Positions 8,309 through 17,524 of a stretch of 32,000 nt of DNA are shown piece by piece (within the stretch, counting starts at the first letter, position 1; the number at the start of each line of letters is the position of its first letter). The position numbers and the translations under genes are program-made. Below the pieces are notes generated by a model. It did not search any database, was not told where the DNA came from, and saw nothing but the letters and a program-made list of their open reading frames with translations. Source of the DNA: an uncultured Chloroflexia bacterium (GTDB taxonomy: Bacteria; Chloroflexota; Ktedonobacteria; Ktedonobacterales; JADMIN01); contig CAVRAI010000004.1 in assembly GCA_963718915.1 (NCBI GenBank), forward strand, positions 930,001 through 962,000. Reading direction: 5' to 3'.

Positions 8309-9625
8309 CTAATACACCTGAATGTCAGAACCAGGGTTCTCTAGACGCCGCTTGATGGCGCCCATGAACTGGGCTGCGGTCAGCCCATCGAGGATACGAT
8401 GGTCGAACGAGATCGACATATACATCATGTCGCGGATGGCGATGGCATCTCCGATAACGACTGGACGCTTGACGACGGCGTCCATTGTGAGAATCGCGGC
8501 GTTGGGCTGGTTGATGATCGACATGGACATCATCGTGCCGAAGACACCGGGATTGTTGACGGTGAATGTCCCGCCCTGTAGCTCATCTGGCTTCAGCCGG
8601 TTCGTGCGGGCGCGAGCAACTAGGTCACTCATCGCGCGCGCGATGCCTGCCAGGCTCAGGGTATCGGCATTGCGGATAACTGGGACGATCAGGTTGTTTT
8701 CGAGCGCAATCGAGATACCGATGTTGATCTGGTGGCGCAGCAGAATCTTGTTGTCCTCGGTCCATGAGGCGTTCACGTAGGGATACTCGCGTAGCGCCTC
8801 GACCGCCGCTTTGATCGCGAATGTCTGGAACGAGATGCCATAGCCCTCGCGCTGGCGGAAGCCGTCTTTGTTCGCCGCCAGCCAGCGCGCCAGGTTAGTC
8901 ATATCCACCTCGAAGACAGTCGTCGCATGCGGAGATGTCTGCTTACTGCGTACCATGTGCTCCGCGATCACACGCCGCGCTGGCGACGGATTGATGAGTT
9001 GGTCGCCCTCCATCGCCGCCACTGGCATGGCAGACGCCGCAGGTCGTGGCGTGGGGGGCGCGACGGGTGCTGGAGCGGTTGCCGTCGGCTGGGTTGAGTG
9101 AGCGAGGTGTGCCATGATATCCTCTTTGCGGATGCGCCCGTTCTCGCCTGTACCCTGTATCTGTTGGAGATCAATCTGGTGTTCCTGCGCCATGCGGCGG
9201 GCGAGTGGCGAGACACGCTCTAACGTCGCCGTCGCACTTGACGCCCTGGGAGCAGAGGATGTGGCGCTTGTGCCATTACTGGCGCCCGCGCCTGGCACGC
9301 TAGCGGACGGAATACCACCATTGCCGGTTACGCCAGGAGCGGTACTTGAGGCAGTCGTACTGGTCGGGGAACCGCTCGCAGTCGCGCCAGCTTCTTCTAT
9401 CTCGGCGATCTCAGCGCCGACCTTTACAGTCTCATCCTCTTTCACCAGGATCTTGACCACGCGCCCCGTAACTGGTGAAGGATACTCCGCCGTCACCTTA
9501 TCGGTGATGATCTCCACCAGCGGTTCGTCACGCTTGATAGTCTCGCCTTCCTGCTTGAGCCAGCGACCAACAGTTCCCTCCGAGACAGACTCACCAAGCT
9601 GGGGCATGGTAATCCGGGTAGACAT
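8309..9625 (-). CDS. 2-oxoacid dehydrogenase E2 (dihydrolipoamide acyltransferase)
   Basis: 438 aa. It has an N-terminal lipoyl domain (VEIITDKVTAEYPSP), an Ala/Pro/Ser linker, an E3-binding domain (SPLARRMAQEHQIDLQQIQGTG) and a catalytic domain with SFDHRILDG. AGAGGAG RBS. Confidence 0.9.
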   Translation of the reverse strand: MSTRITMPQLGESVSEGTVGRWLKQEGETIKRDEPLVEIITDKVTAEYPSPVTGRVVKILVKEDETVKVGAEIAEIEEAGATASGSPTSTTASSTAPGVTGNGGIPSASVPGAGASNGTSATSSAPRASSATATLERVSPLARRMAQEHQIDLQQIQGTGENGRIRKEDIMAHLAHSTQPTATAPAPVAPPTPRPAASAMPVAAMEGDQLINPSPARRVIAEHMVRSKQTSPHATTVFEVDMTNLARWLAANKDGFRQREGYGISFQTFAIKAAVEALREYPYVNASWTEDNKILLRHQINIGISIALENNLIVPVIRNADTLSLAGIARAMSDLVARARTNRLKPDELQGGTFTVNNPGVFGTMMSMSIINQPNAAILTMDAVVKRPVVIGDAIAIRDMMYMSISFDHRILDGLTAAQFMGAIKRRLENPGSDIQVY

Positions 9626-9646
9626 GTGATGTGCTCCTCTTCATTG

Positions 9647-9664
9647 CCGCACAACGTTGTGCGG
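9647..9664. promoter_or_regulatory. perfect 18-bp palindrome CCGCACAAC/GTTGTGCGG in the E2 leader
   Basis: Read directly. It lies 22-39 nt upstream of the E2 start codon, next to the RBS (9634-9640). Could be an operator or a 5'-UTR hairpin. Confidence 0.4.
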
Positions 9665-9669
9665 GCGAC

Positions 9670-9699
9670 GCATGATCCAGGCATGATCCAGGCATGATA
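9670..9699. repeat. 11-bp tandem repeat GCATGATCCAG x2.7
   Basis: gcatgatccag gcatgatccag gcatgata, read directly, upstream of the E2 gene. Confidence 0.8.
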
Positions 9700-9953
9700 C
9701 GAGGTGGACCACAGGGGATGATGTACCCGTGAGCCATTACCGCTCGACCGATGACGCGCGCTCCAGCCGCAGTTCGCGACGAGCGCTGCGCGTGTTCCGA
9801 CGTTCCCTCCTATTGTACCGCGCTTGGCGCTGGCTGTATACGCATCCTCCTGCCAGTGTAGAGACGAGCAGGGCGGCTGTGTGGCTACGCTATCAATCAA
9901 TTGATAGACCCGTGCATCTGAATCGAGGGTTGTAAATCCTTAATAGGTGAGAT

Positions 9954-10643
9954 TCATTTGCTCTTTGTGGGCCTCGACTTGTTGTCCGAATTCTTGGTTG
10001 CATTATCGAGCCTACGATGGAGATACGAGATCAACGACAGAATGTCTATGGCGTCCTGCTCGTTCAGCGGCCACTCATCCTTAAGCTCATGGGCAGTGGG
10101 ATTGCGGAATGCCAAGAATACTCCTTGTAGCAAGTTCAAGAAGCCAGATTGCTCAGACCAGTGAGATTCTGTGGTAAGGGCATTGATAGCGAATGGGGGA
10201 GTGTCTCCCCCAAATGCCCTGCCTGCAAGCTTGCTTGCGTCTTCTGAAAATCCCGATAACTTCCTGATTTTGGAGACAATACTCTTTGCCGCTTCCAAAA
10301 CCGCGTGGTAGTAATTATTTGCCACAAGTTCGGGCTTGCAAACCTTCAAGACATCTGGGTGCGCATTTCTAGATGCAAGAAGATCGTACAGATTTGTCGC
10401 TCGCTGCTGAGCCTCTGCTAAGGTCTGTATAGGATTGATTGCAACTACATGGCCATCATCTTCTAATCGGTAACCACTGAATCCCAACACACTATTAAGC
10501 TCGGCCTGTTTTCTTGTGAATTGATCAGGGGAACGCCAATAGTTCAAAGGGATCATTGCACGTTCGATAAATCTGATTACATATATCCCGCTTTCGCTCG
10601 CTATTTGAGATGCGTGTAGAGCATCATAGAGAGACGTGCCCAT
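9954..10643 (-). CDS. TIGR02391 (Hypoth_Ymh)/HEPN-type Abi-like protein, C-terminal 229 aa of a frameshifted gene
   Basis: FLNLLQGVFLAFRNPTAHELKDEWPLNEQDAIDILSLISYLHRRLD carries the R-x4-H HEPN motif in the TIGR02391 context. Low-GC codon usage. The ATG 10643 ORF has no RBS of its own. Confidence 0.7.
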   Translation of the reverse strand: MGTSLYDALHASQIASESGIYVIRFIERAMIPLNYWRSPDQFTRKQAELNSVLGFSGYRLEDDGHVVAINPIQTLAEAQQRATNLYDLLASRNAHPDVLKVCKPELVANNYYHAVLEAAKSIVSKIRKLSGFSEDASKLAGRAFGGDTPPFAINALTTESHWSEQSGFLNLLQGVFLAFRNPTAHELKDEWPLNEQDAIDILSLISYLHRRLDNATKNSDNKSRPTKSK

Positions 10644-10786
10644 TTGGTACTCCCAGGGCTTACGTCGTCAATTCCAACCTCACTCAAGTATCTTTCAATC
10701 TCAGCGCCAGTAAGCCCGGTATTTGTATCACCTACGACTTTGCAGATTTGCTCCAAAATTCCGTCATTAAAAGCTGCTGGTTCCAT
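10601..10786 (-). pseudogene. N-terminal 61-codon fragment of the same TIGR02391-type gene (frame broken near 10628-10634)
   Basis: AAGGAG lies 9 nt upstream of ATG 10786. The fragment ends ...GSTKWARLSMMLYTHLK*, while the other frame continues ...SLYDALHASQ. The two ORFs overlap by 43 nt in different frames. Confidence 0.6.
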
Positions 10787-11099
10787 GTTGACTCACTCCT
10801 TCAGTATCGTTGTGCCCATGATTTCCTCATTTTGAAGACAGGCTAACAACTAATCTGCATGGTGTCAATCACGGTAACATGTGCCGCATGGATTTGGGGC
10901 TGGCAAGGCATGAGATAGCCACTTGTGCCAAGATGTGGTAATAATAGAACATAATTCTAAATACTGCCTTTGCAGTTACCGATTCAGTAGTCTCCGCAAA
11001 GAATGTTATCTGTGTCACAACTCCTCTAAATCACGGGGGTGACATGAAGAACCAGGCAACTTCCGGGCTGACAATTACCCGCGAAGGGAGTGCAAGAGA

Positions 11100-11873
11100 A
11101 TGGAAGAAACAACACTGCAGACCCAGAAGTCTTGGGATGAAATCTCAAAAGGCTTGCAGGAACCCTTCAACCCAGCAGATGTGGATTTCCGTGTGCAGGG
11201 CAGGGTGAACGAGCAGACCGGGCGCGCACAAGTCGTAGCCTATATTGATGCTCGTATGGTGCAGGATCGGCTCGATCAGGTGGTTGGCGCTGGTAACTGG
11301 TCATTCGATTGGGAGCCGCTTGTCATTGACAAGGGCGAAATTATGGTGACCAAAGGCATCCTCACCATCAACGGCGTCTCTAAGGCGGATGCAGGGACTG
11401 CCAGTAACTTCGAGCAATCGCTAGGGGCGGTCTCTCACTGCTTCAAGCGCGCTGCCGTCCATTGGGGAATCGGACGCTATCTGTATGACCTGCCGATGAA
11501 TTGGGTGCAGGTCGAAAAGAACGGGCGGATTTCAGATCAGCTTCTACGCGAGCTGAGGTCGAAACTGCCAATGCCTGAAGAAAAGGCTTCTTCGGATACT
11601 GTCCAGCGTCGCCGCTCGATACCAGCGTCCCGTGTCAGCCCCGTGGCTGCGCAGTCAGCACCCGCAGCGCCCACTCCCACACCTGTTGCCACGACTTCGC
11701 CAGCCAAGGGGACGGATGAGCCAGTCGCCAGCGAGCAGCAGTTGGTGAGCATCCGCAAGCTATGTGTGGCGCTTGGCAGGCCTGAGCCTGATAGCTCGCT
11801 CACCTATGCGGAGGCGCGGCAGTTGATCTCGCAGCTTAGCACCGAGTATCAGCGCTCCCGGCGTGCCAGCTAA
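11100..11873 (+). CDS. Rad52/Rad22 (Sak/DdrA-like) single-strand annealing protein with P/A linker and small C-terminal helical domain
   Basis: 257 aa with GAAGGGAG RBS. VVAYIDARMVQDRLDQVVGAGNWSFDW and CFKRAAVHWGIGRYLYDLP are hallmarks of bacterial/phage Rad52-family proteins. Confidence 0.75.
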   Translation: MEETTLQTQKSWDEISKGLQEPFNPADVDFRVQGRVNEQTGRAQVVAYIDARMVQDRLDQVVGAGNWSFDWEPLVIDKGEIMVTKGILTINGVSKADAGTASNFEQSLGAVSHCFKRAAVHWGIGRYLYDLPMNWVQVEKNGRISDQLLRELRSKLPMPEEKASSDTVQRRRSIPASRVSPVAAQSAPAAPTPTPVATTSPAKGTDEPVASEQQLVSIRKLCVALGRPEPDSSLTYAEARQLISQLSTEYQRSRRAS

Positions 11874-11894
11874 GATCTGGCCAGACTCTTAACC

Positions 11895-11945
11895 GACCTG
11901 TCCGCGAGATTTTGAATATGATCTCGCAGGCAGGTCATTCTTTTA
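11895..11945 (+). terminator. hairpin terminator after the Rad52-like gene
   Basis: GACCTGtccGCGAGAT ... ATCTCGCaggCAGGTC (11895-11936) with a 3-nt internal mismatch, followed by ATTCTTTTA. Confidence 0.5.
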
Positions 11946-12039
11946 CCCATAGTCCAGTACAACGAAACGGACTTTACCCCAGCGCTTGGCCAGGGTGTAG
12001 TCCGTTTGGTGGAAATACTGATAAGCAGCTAACCAGCGG

Positions 12040-12660
12040 TTACCAGTAGCGCTCTTCTTTCCAGGGATCGGCATGGTTGTGGTAGCCGCGCACCTCCCAG
12101 AAGCCGGGGTGATCTTTCTCCAGGAATTCCAGGCCATTAAGCCACTTCGCACTCTTGTAGGCGTACAGCTTGGGCACGATCAGGCGCACAGGACCGCCAT
12201 GATCGGGTTCGAGCGGGGCGCCATCATGGGTGAAGGCAATGAGCACATCATCATCGTCCAGATCGGCGAGCGGCATGTTGGTGGTATAGCCGGTGAATGA
12301 GTGCGCCGTCACGAATTTTGCTTCTGGCAGTGGCTGCGCCCGCTGGAGAATCTCGCGGATGTGCACGCCTTCCCAGGCGTTATCGAACCGGCTCCACGTG
12401 GTCACACAGTGAAAGTCCGATGTCAATTGAACGCGCGGCAGCGCCAGTAACTCATCCCAGGTCAACTCGAATGGCTCGGCCACCGCGCCCCATACCTTGA
12501 AGCGATACTTCTCCGCGTCGAATTTTGGAGTTGACTCGAAGCTTAAAATCGGCCACTTCTTTGTCAGATACTGGCCAGCGGGCAATCGCTCGCGTCCATC
12601 TTCGCGTATTTCTTTGGTTGCAGGGTCAGGCTCTCGTCGAAACAACTTCGTCAGATCCAT
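12040..12660 (-). CDS. sulfite oxidase-like molybdopterin oxidoreductase (small, YuiH-type)
   Basis: 206 aa. It has the Mo-ligand Cys context DFHCVTTWSR, GGPVRLIVPKLYAYKSAKWL, and the C-terminal GFWEVRGYHNHADPWKEERY. Confidence 0.85.
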   Translation of the reverse strand: MDLTKLFRREPDPATKEIREDGRERLPAGQYLTKKWPILSFESTPKFDAEKYRFKVWGAVAEPFELTWDELLALPRVQLTSDFHCVTTWSRFDNAWEGVHIREILQRAQPLPEAKFVTAHSFTGYTTNMPLADLDDDDVLIAFTHDGAPLEPDHGGPVRLIVPKLYAYKSAKWLNGLEFLEKDHPGFWEVRGYHNHADPWKEERYW

Positions 12661-12918
12661 GGATATGGTCTCCTATGTCAGATGCTGCCAGGGACTCCTG
12701 AGCAGCGGGGAAACGGCAGGGTGTTCACACAAAATTATGTCGCGATCAGTCATCATTGCGCAATGCGTGCACTGATGTAGTCTTGTATGGCTCTGAAATG
12801 TTACAGTGTGGCCAGGAGTCGGACTTACCCGGCGTGAATGGGGAGATGACAGTCGAGAAACGAGATTGACATCAACTGGCGAGATGTGTGTCGCGACCAT
12901 TTATAGAGTGAGGAATTG

Positions 12919-13167
12919 ATGCGTGCGATAGATGATGACACTGAGGCAACGGTGGCTGTATTGCGCAAATTGCGAGAGTGGGGATCGCTGCCAGAGAGCG
13001 ATGTCAGCCGCATGTTGAAGCAGTACATGCTCGTCACCGACGATTTTCGCGACATGGCCGAGGAGGGACTGCTCGATATGAGCTTTGTGGGTGACGAATA
13101 TGTGCTGTCATGCGCCACCCTTGGTCGGCTCTTCCTGGAACAGCAAGAGCAGCAGGAAAAGTCGTAG
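12919..13167 (+). CDS. small hypothetical protein (possibly winged-helix-like)
   Basis: 82-83 aa with TGAGGA 4 nt upstream of ATG 12919 (the ORF track starts at TTG 12916). The helix pattern LRKLREWGSLPESDV...EEGLLDMSFVGDEYVLS is wHTH-like by eye only. Confidence 0.45.
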   Translation: MRAIDDDTEATVAVLRKLREWGSLPESDVSRMLKQYMLVTDDFRDMAEEGLLDMSFVGDEYVLSCATLGRLFLEQQEQQEKS

Positions 13168-13223
13168 CGTCACTCATACATATCGCAGTGCCAGACTGGC
13201 GGGAAGCATTATACAGGCTACTG

Positions 13224-14753
<1,530 letters not shown>

Positions 14754-14834
14754 CAGTATACGTCACTAGATATGGAGTTGTGTGCTGTCAGCGCCCCAGT
14801 TGTGGAAGTTGTGTAGTCGCCATCTGTGGGGCCG

Positions 14835-16112
14835 TTATGAGAGGTCGGTGGTCAGACGGCGTGACAGCGTGATGGTGAAGATTGCGCCCTGCACCCGCGT
14901 GGAGCCACCACGATTGGCGACATGTAACGTCCCATGATGTTCGGCTACGATGCCACGGGTGATGAATAGACCAAGGCCACTCCCGCTGCTGTCAGATCCC
15001 TGCTCGCCGCGGATGAATGGCTCGAAAATCCGCTTCATGTCAGCCTCGGAGATGCCAGCGCCATAGTCGCCAACTTCTATCGTGACGGTATTCTTGTCTT
15101 CGCCAATGCGCACCTCGATGGCTCCATCTTCTATAGAGTACTTGACAGCGTTGTCTATGAGGTTGCGTACAGCCTGAACGATACGGTCGCGGTCCGCGTC
15201 GAGAACAACGGGGGTATCGGGATGTTCGTAGACGAAGCGCCGCTCGCGCACCGATGCTGCGAACTGATCCATGAGCTCGCCAACCGCTGCCATCAGATCA
15301 AATGGTTCGATGCGCAGTGAGAAGTGTCCTGTGCTCAGGTGTGTCGCTGTCTGGAGATCGTCCACCATACGGTTCAGGCGGAAGCCGTGCTCGACGATGA
15401 TATCCATGTAGCGGCCGAGGGCGCCTTCCTGGAGGTTGGGCCGTTTGGCAAGTTGCGCGTAGTTGATGATGGGGTTCAGCGGCCCGCGCATCTCGTGCGC
15501 GACCATCGCGACGAACCGGTCGTGCTGCTCTTGCGCCAGTTTGAGTTGGCGGTTTACCTCGTCGAGTTCTTCGACTTTTTGGCGCAGCTCACCCGTCGCA
15601 CGATCAACCTGCTCTTGCAGTCGAGTATTGAAATCGCGGGCAGCGGCGTGGGCGACCTCAAGCTCGCGGACGCGCGCCGCAAGTTCGTGCTGCAATCGCC
15701 GCCGCTCAAGTGCGCGAGCGAGCGTGATCCGCAATTCTTCCACGTCGATTGGCTTGGTGAGGTAATCGTAGACACCCCGACGTAAAGCCCGTAACGCCGA
15801 TTCCAGTGTCGCGTAGCTTGTCATCACCACGACGGTAACCGCGGGAACCGCCCGTTGAACCTGCTTGAGTACCTCTTGGTCGTGAGGATCATTGTCATCG
15901 AGGTCAGCAAGAAGGAGATCGAAATGCCCTTCTGCAAGAGCCTTCAATGCTTCCTCGCCGCTCGGAGCCACTTGTACGGTCCAACCGTCATGCCGTAGCA
16001 CTGCTCCCAGGGTACTGGCTGTGCCTGTGTCGGTATCCACGACGAGTATGCGCGCGCTGGAAGGTTTGACGTCCAGCATGCCCGAGCCACGGTTTGTGGT
16101 GTCCTTGCGCAC
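14835..16112 (-). CDS. hybrid histidine kinase: N-terminal receiver + coiled coil + HisKA + HATPase_c
   Basis: 425 aa with a GTG start preceded by AGGAGG (8-nt spacing). REC domain (ILVVDTD...DLLLADLDD...TKP), H-box FVAMVAHEMRGPLN, N-box NLIDNAVKY, and G-boxes DYGAGI / GSGLGL. No TM or sensory domain seen. Confidence 0.9.
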   Translation of the reverse strand: MRKDTTNRGSGMLDVKPSSARILVVDTDTGTASTLGAVLRHDGWTVQVAPSGEEALKALAEGHFDLLLADLDDNDPHDQEVLKQVQRAVPAVTVVVMTSYATLESALRALRRGVYDYLTKPIDVEELRITLARALERRRLQHELAARVRELEVAHAAARDFNTRLQEQVDRATGELRQKVEELDEVNRQLKLAQEQHDRFVAMVAHEMRGPLNPIINYAQLAKRPNLQEGALGRYMDIIVEHGFRLNRMVDDLQTATHLSTGHFSLRIEPFDLMAAVGELMDQFAASVRERRFVYEHPDTPVVLDADRDRIVQAVRNLIDNAVKYSIEDGAIEVRIGEDKNTVTIEVGDYGAGISEADMKRIFEPFIRGEQGSDSSGSGLGLFITRGIVAEHHGTLHVANRGGSTRVQGAIFTITLSRRLTTDLS

Positions 16113-16240
16113 GCCGCTACCCTCCTCTGCGCATGGAACGAGAAGCGCTGCCCCAGCACTGCTAAGTATACTATGTTGATTTGGGTCGCGTATCCAATTC
16201 CGTAGGCCTATCGGAGTAGAGATTTGGTCGCGCGCGGCGG

Positions 16241-16249
16241 TGATATAAT
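16241..16249 (+). promoter_or_regulatory. extended -10 promoter TGaTATAAT upstream of the acyl-CoA dehydrogenase gene
   Basis: tgatataat at 16241-16249, about 87 nt upstream of ATG 16336. The -35 is weak (GATTTG). Confidence 0.4.
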
Positions 16250-16335
16250 TCGCTTCATGCGGGCAGCGCCGCTCGTGTCGTTTCGATATGCGCCGGACAA
16301 TGTCGTTCTCTGGTGCGGACCAAGGAGCGCAACGT

Positions 16336-17478
16336 ATGGATTTTTCGCTCAGCGACGAGCAGCAGATGATCCGCGATATGTGTCGCGATTTCGCTGAAGA
16401 AGAGATTAAGCCCCACGCCGAAGAGATGGATCGATCTGGCGTATTCCCCTACGAGATTGTTCGCAAAATGGCTGATCTTGGCCTGCTTGGTCTGCCCTTT
16501 CCAGAAGAATATGGCGGCGCGGGAGCGGACTTTCTCTCGTACTGCCTTGCTCTTGAAGAAATTGGCCGAGGTGATGTCGCGGTTGGCATTACAATGGAGG
16601 CGCATACCTCGCTGGGAGCAACGCCATTCTACCTCTTTGGCAATGAGGAGCAGAAGCGGCAATATCTTGTGCCGCTGGCTCGTGGCGAGCAGTTATGGGC
16701 GTTTGGGCTGACGGAGCCAAATGCGGGTTCAGATTCTGCTGGCACAGAAACCCGTGCAGTGAAAACCGATGGCGTCTGGCATATCAATGGCGCGAAGACC
16801 TTCATCACCAACGCTGGCACTGATATGACAGGTGGCGTCACGATTACAGCGGTTACTGGCAAGCAGAGTGACGGCCACAAGGAGATCACCAATTTCATCG
16901 TGCCGAAGGGGACACCCGGCTATGTGATCGGCAACCCGTACCATAAGATGGGATGGCGAGCATCAGATACACGCCCACTCTCGTTTGAGGATTGCCAGGT
17001 ACAAGATGAAAATCGCCTCGGCTCTCAGGGTGACGGGTTTCGCCAGTTTATGTCGATTCTGGACGCCGGACGCATCGCGATTGCGGCGTTAAGTGTGGGC
17101 CTGGCGCAGGCATGTCTGGACGAGTCGCTGACATACTCGCGCGAGCGTCATCAGTTCGGTCGGCCGATCTCGTCTTTCCAGGCCATCCAGTTCAAGCTAG
17201 CCGATATGGCTACCGAGATTGAGCTAGCGCGCAATATGTATTATAAAGCAGCGTGGCTGCACATGGAGCAGCGCCCCTACTCGCGCGAAGCATCCATGGC
17301 CAAGTTGTTTGCCTCAGAGACGGCAAAGCGTTGCGCCGATCAGGCGGTCCAGATCCATGGTGGTTATGGATTCATGGACGAATACCCCGTCTCGCGATAC
17401 TGGCGCAACGTGAAGGTGCATGAGATCGGTGAAGGCACCAGCGAAGTGCAGCGGATTTTGATTTACAAGAACCTCTAG
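16336..17478 (+). CDS. acyl-CoA dehydrogenase
   Basis: The ORF opens at 16288, but AAGGAG lies 8 nt upstream of ATG 16336 (MDFSLSDEQQMIRD, a typical ACAD N-terminus). Motifs GLTEPNAGSD, FITNAG and a C-terminal catalytic IYEGTSEVQ-like HEIGEGTSEVQR. Confidence 0.9.
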   Translation: MDFSLSDEQQMIRDMCRDFAEEEIKPHAEEMDRSGVFPYEIVRKMADLGLLGLPFPEEYGGAGADFLSYCLALEEIGRGDVAVGITMEAHTSLGATPFYLFGNEEQKRQYLVPLARGEQLWAFGLTEPNAGSDSAGTETRAVKTDGVWHINGAKTFITNAGTDMTGGVTITAVTGKQSDGHKEITNFIVPKGTPGYVIGNPYHKMGWRASDTRPLSFEDCQVQDENRLGSQGDGFRQFMSILDAGRIAIAALSVGLAQACLDESLTYSRERHQFGRPISSFQAIQFKLADMATEIELARNMYYKAAWLHMEQRPYSREASMAKLFASETAKRCADQAVQIHGGYGFMDEYPVSRYWRNVKVHEIGEGTSEVQRILIYKNL

Positions 17479-17524
17479 TTGGCAGTTTCGCGCGGGCTAG
17501 AGGTAGCCGTGCGGGGGGCTAACC

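Noticed and set aside
9670-9699. Short tandem repeats (here and at 18146-18169 and 18449-18480) as possible CRISPR or other arrays
   Set aside because: The units are 6-11 bp and directly abutting, with no spacers. Two of the three lie in frame inside a CDS. They are not CRISPR-like.
11044-11099. Upstream ATG (11044) as an alternative start for the Rad52-like gene
   Set aside because: It is in a different frame: 56 nt from ATG 11100, which is not a multiple of 3. It would encode only a short peptide of about 50 aa, whereas ATG 11100 has the GAAGGGAG RBS.
9940-11900. Possible prophage or integrative element around the HEPN and Rad52-like genes
   Set aside because: No integrase, recombinase, terminase, capsid or repressor genes, no tRNA target and no flanking direct repeats are visible. 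Only the HEPN gene and its intergenic region are compositionally deviant, while the Rad52-like gene has host-like GC.
11965-12007. Inverted repeat AAACGGACT ... AGTCCGTTT as terminator of the sulfite-oxidase-like gene
   Set aside because: The loop is 25 nt and no U-tract follows on the minus strand. This is too weak to call an intrinsic terminator.
16134-16148. Weak sigma-54-like motif TGGAAC-gagaa-GCGC upstream of the acyl-CoA dehydrogenase gene
   Set aside because: The GG-N10-GC spacing is right, but the -12 box (GCGC versus TTGC) and -24 box (TGGAAC) are poor. A good extended -10 sigma-70 element (TGaTATAAT, 16241-16249) explains expression better.
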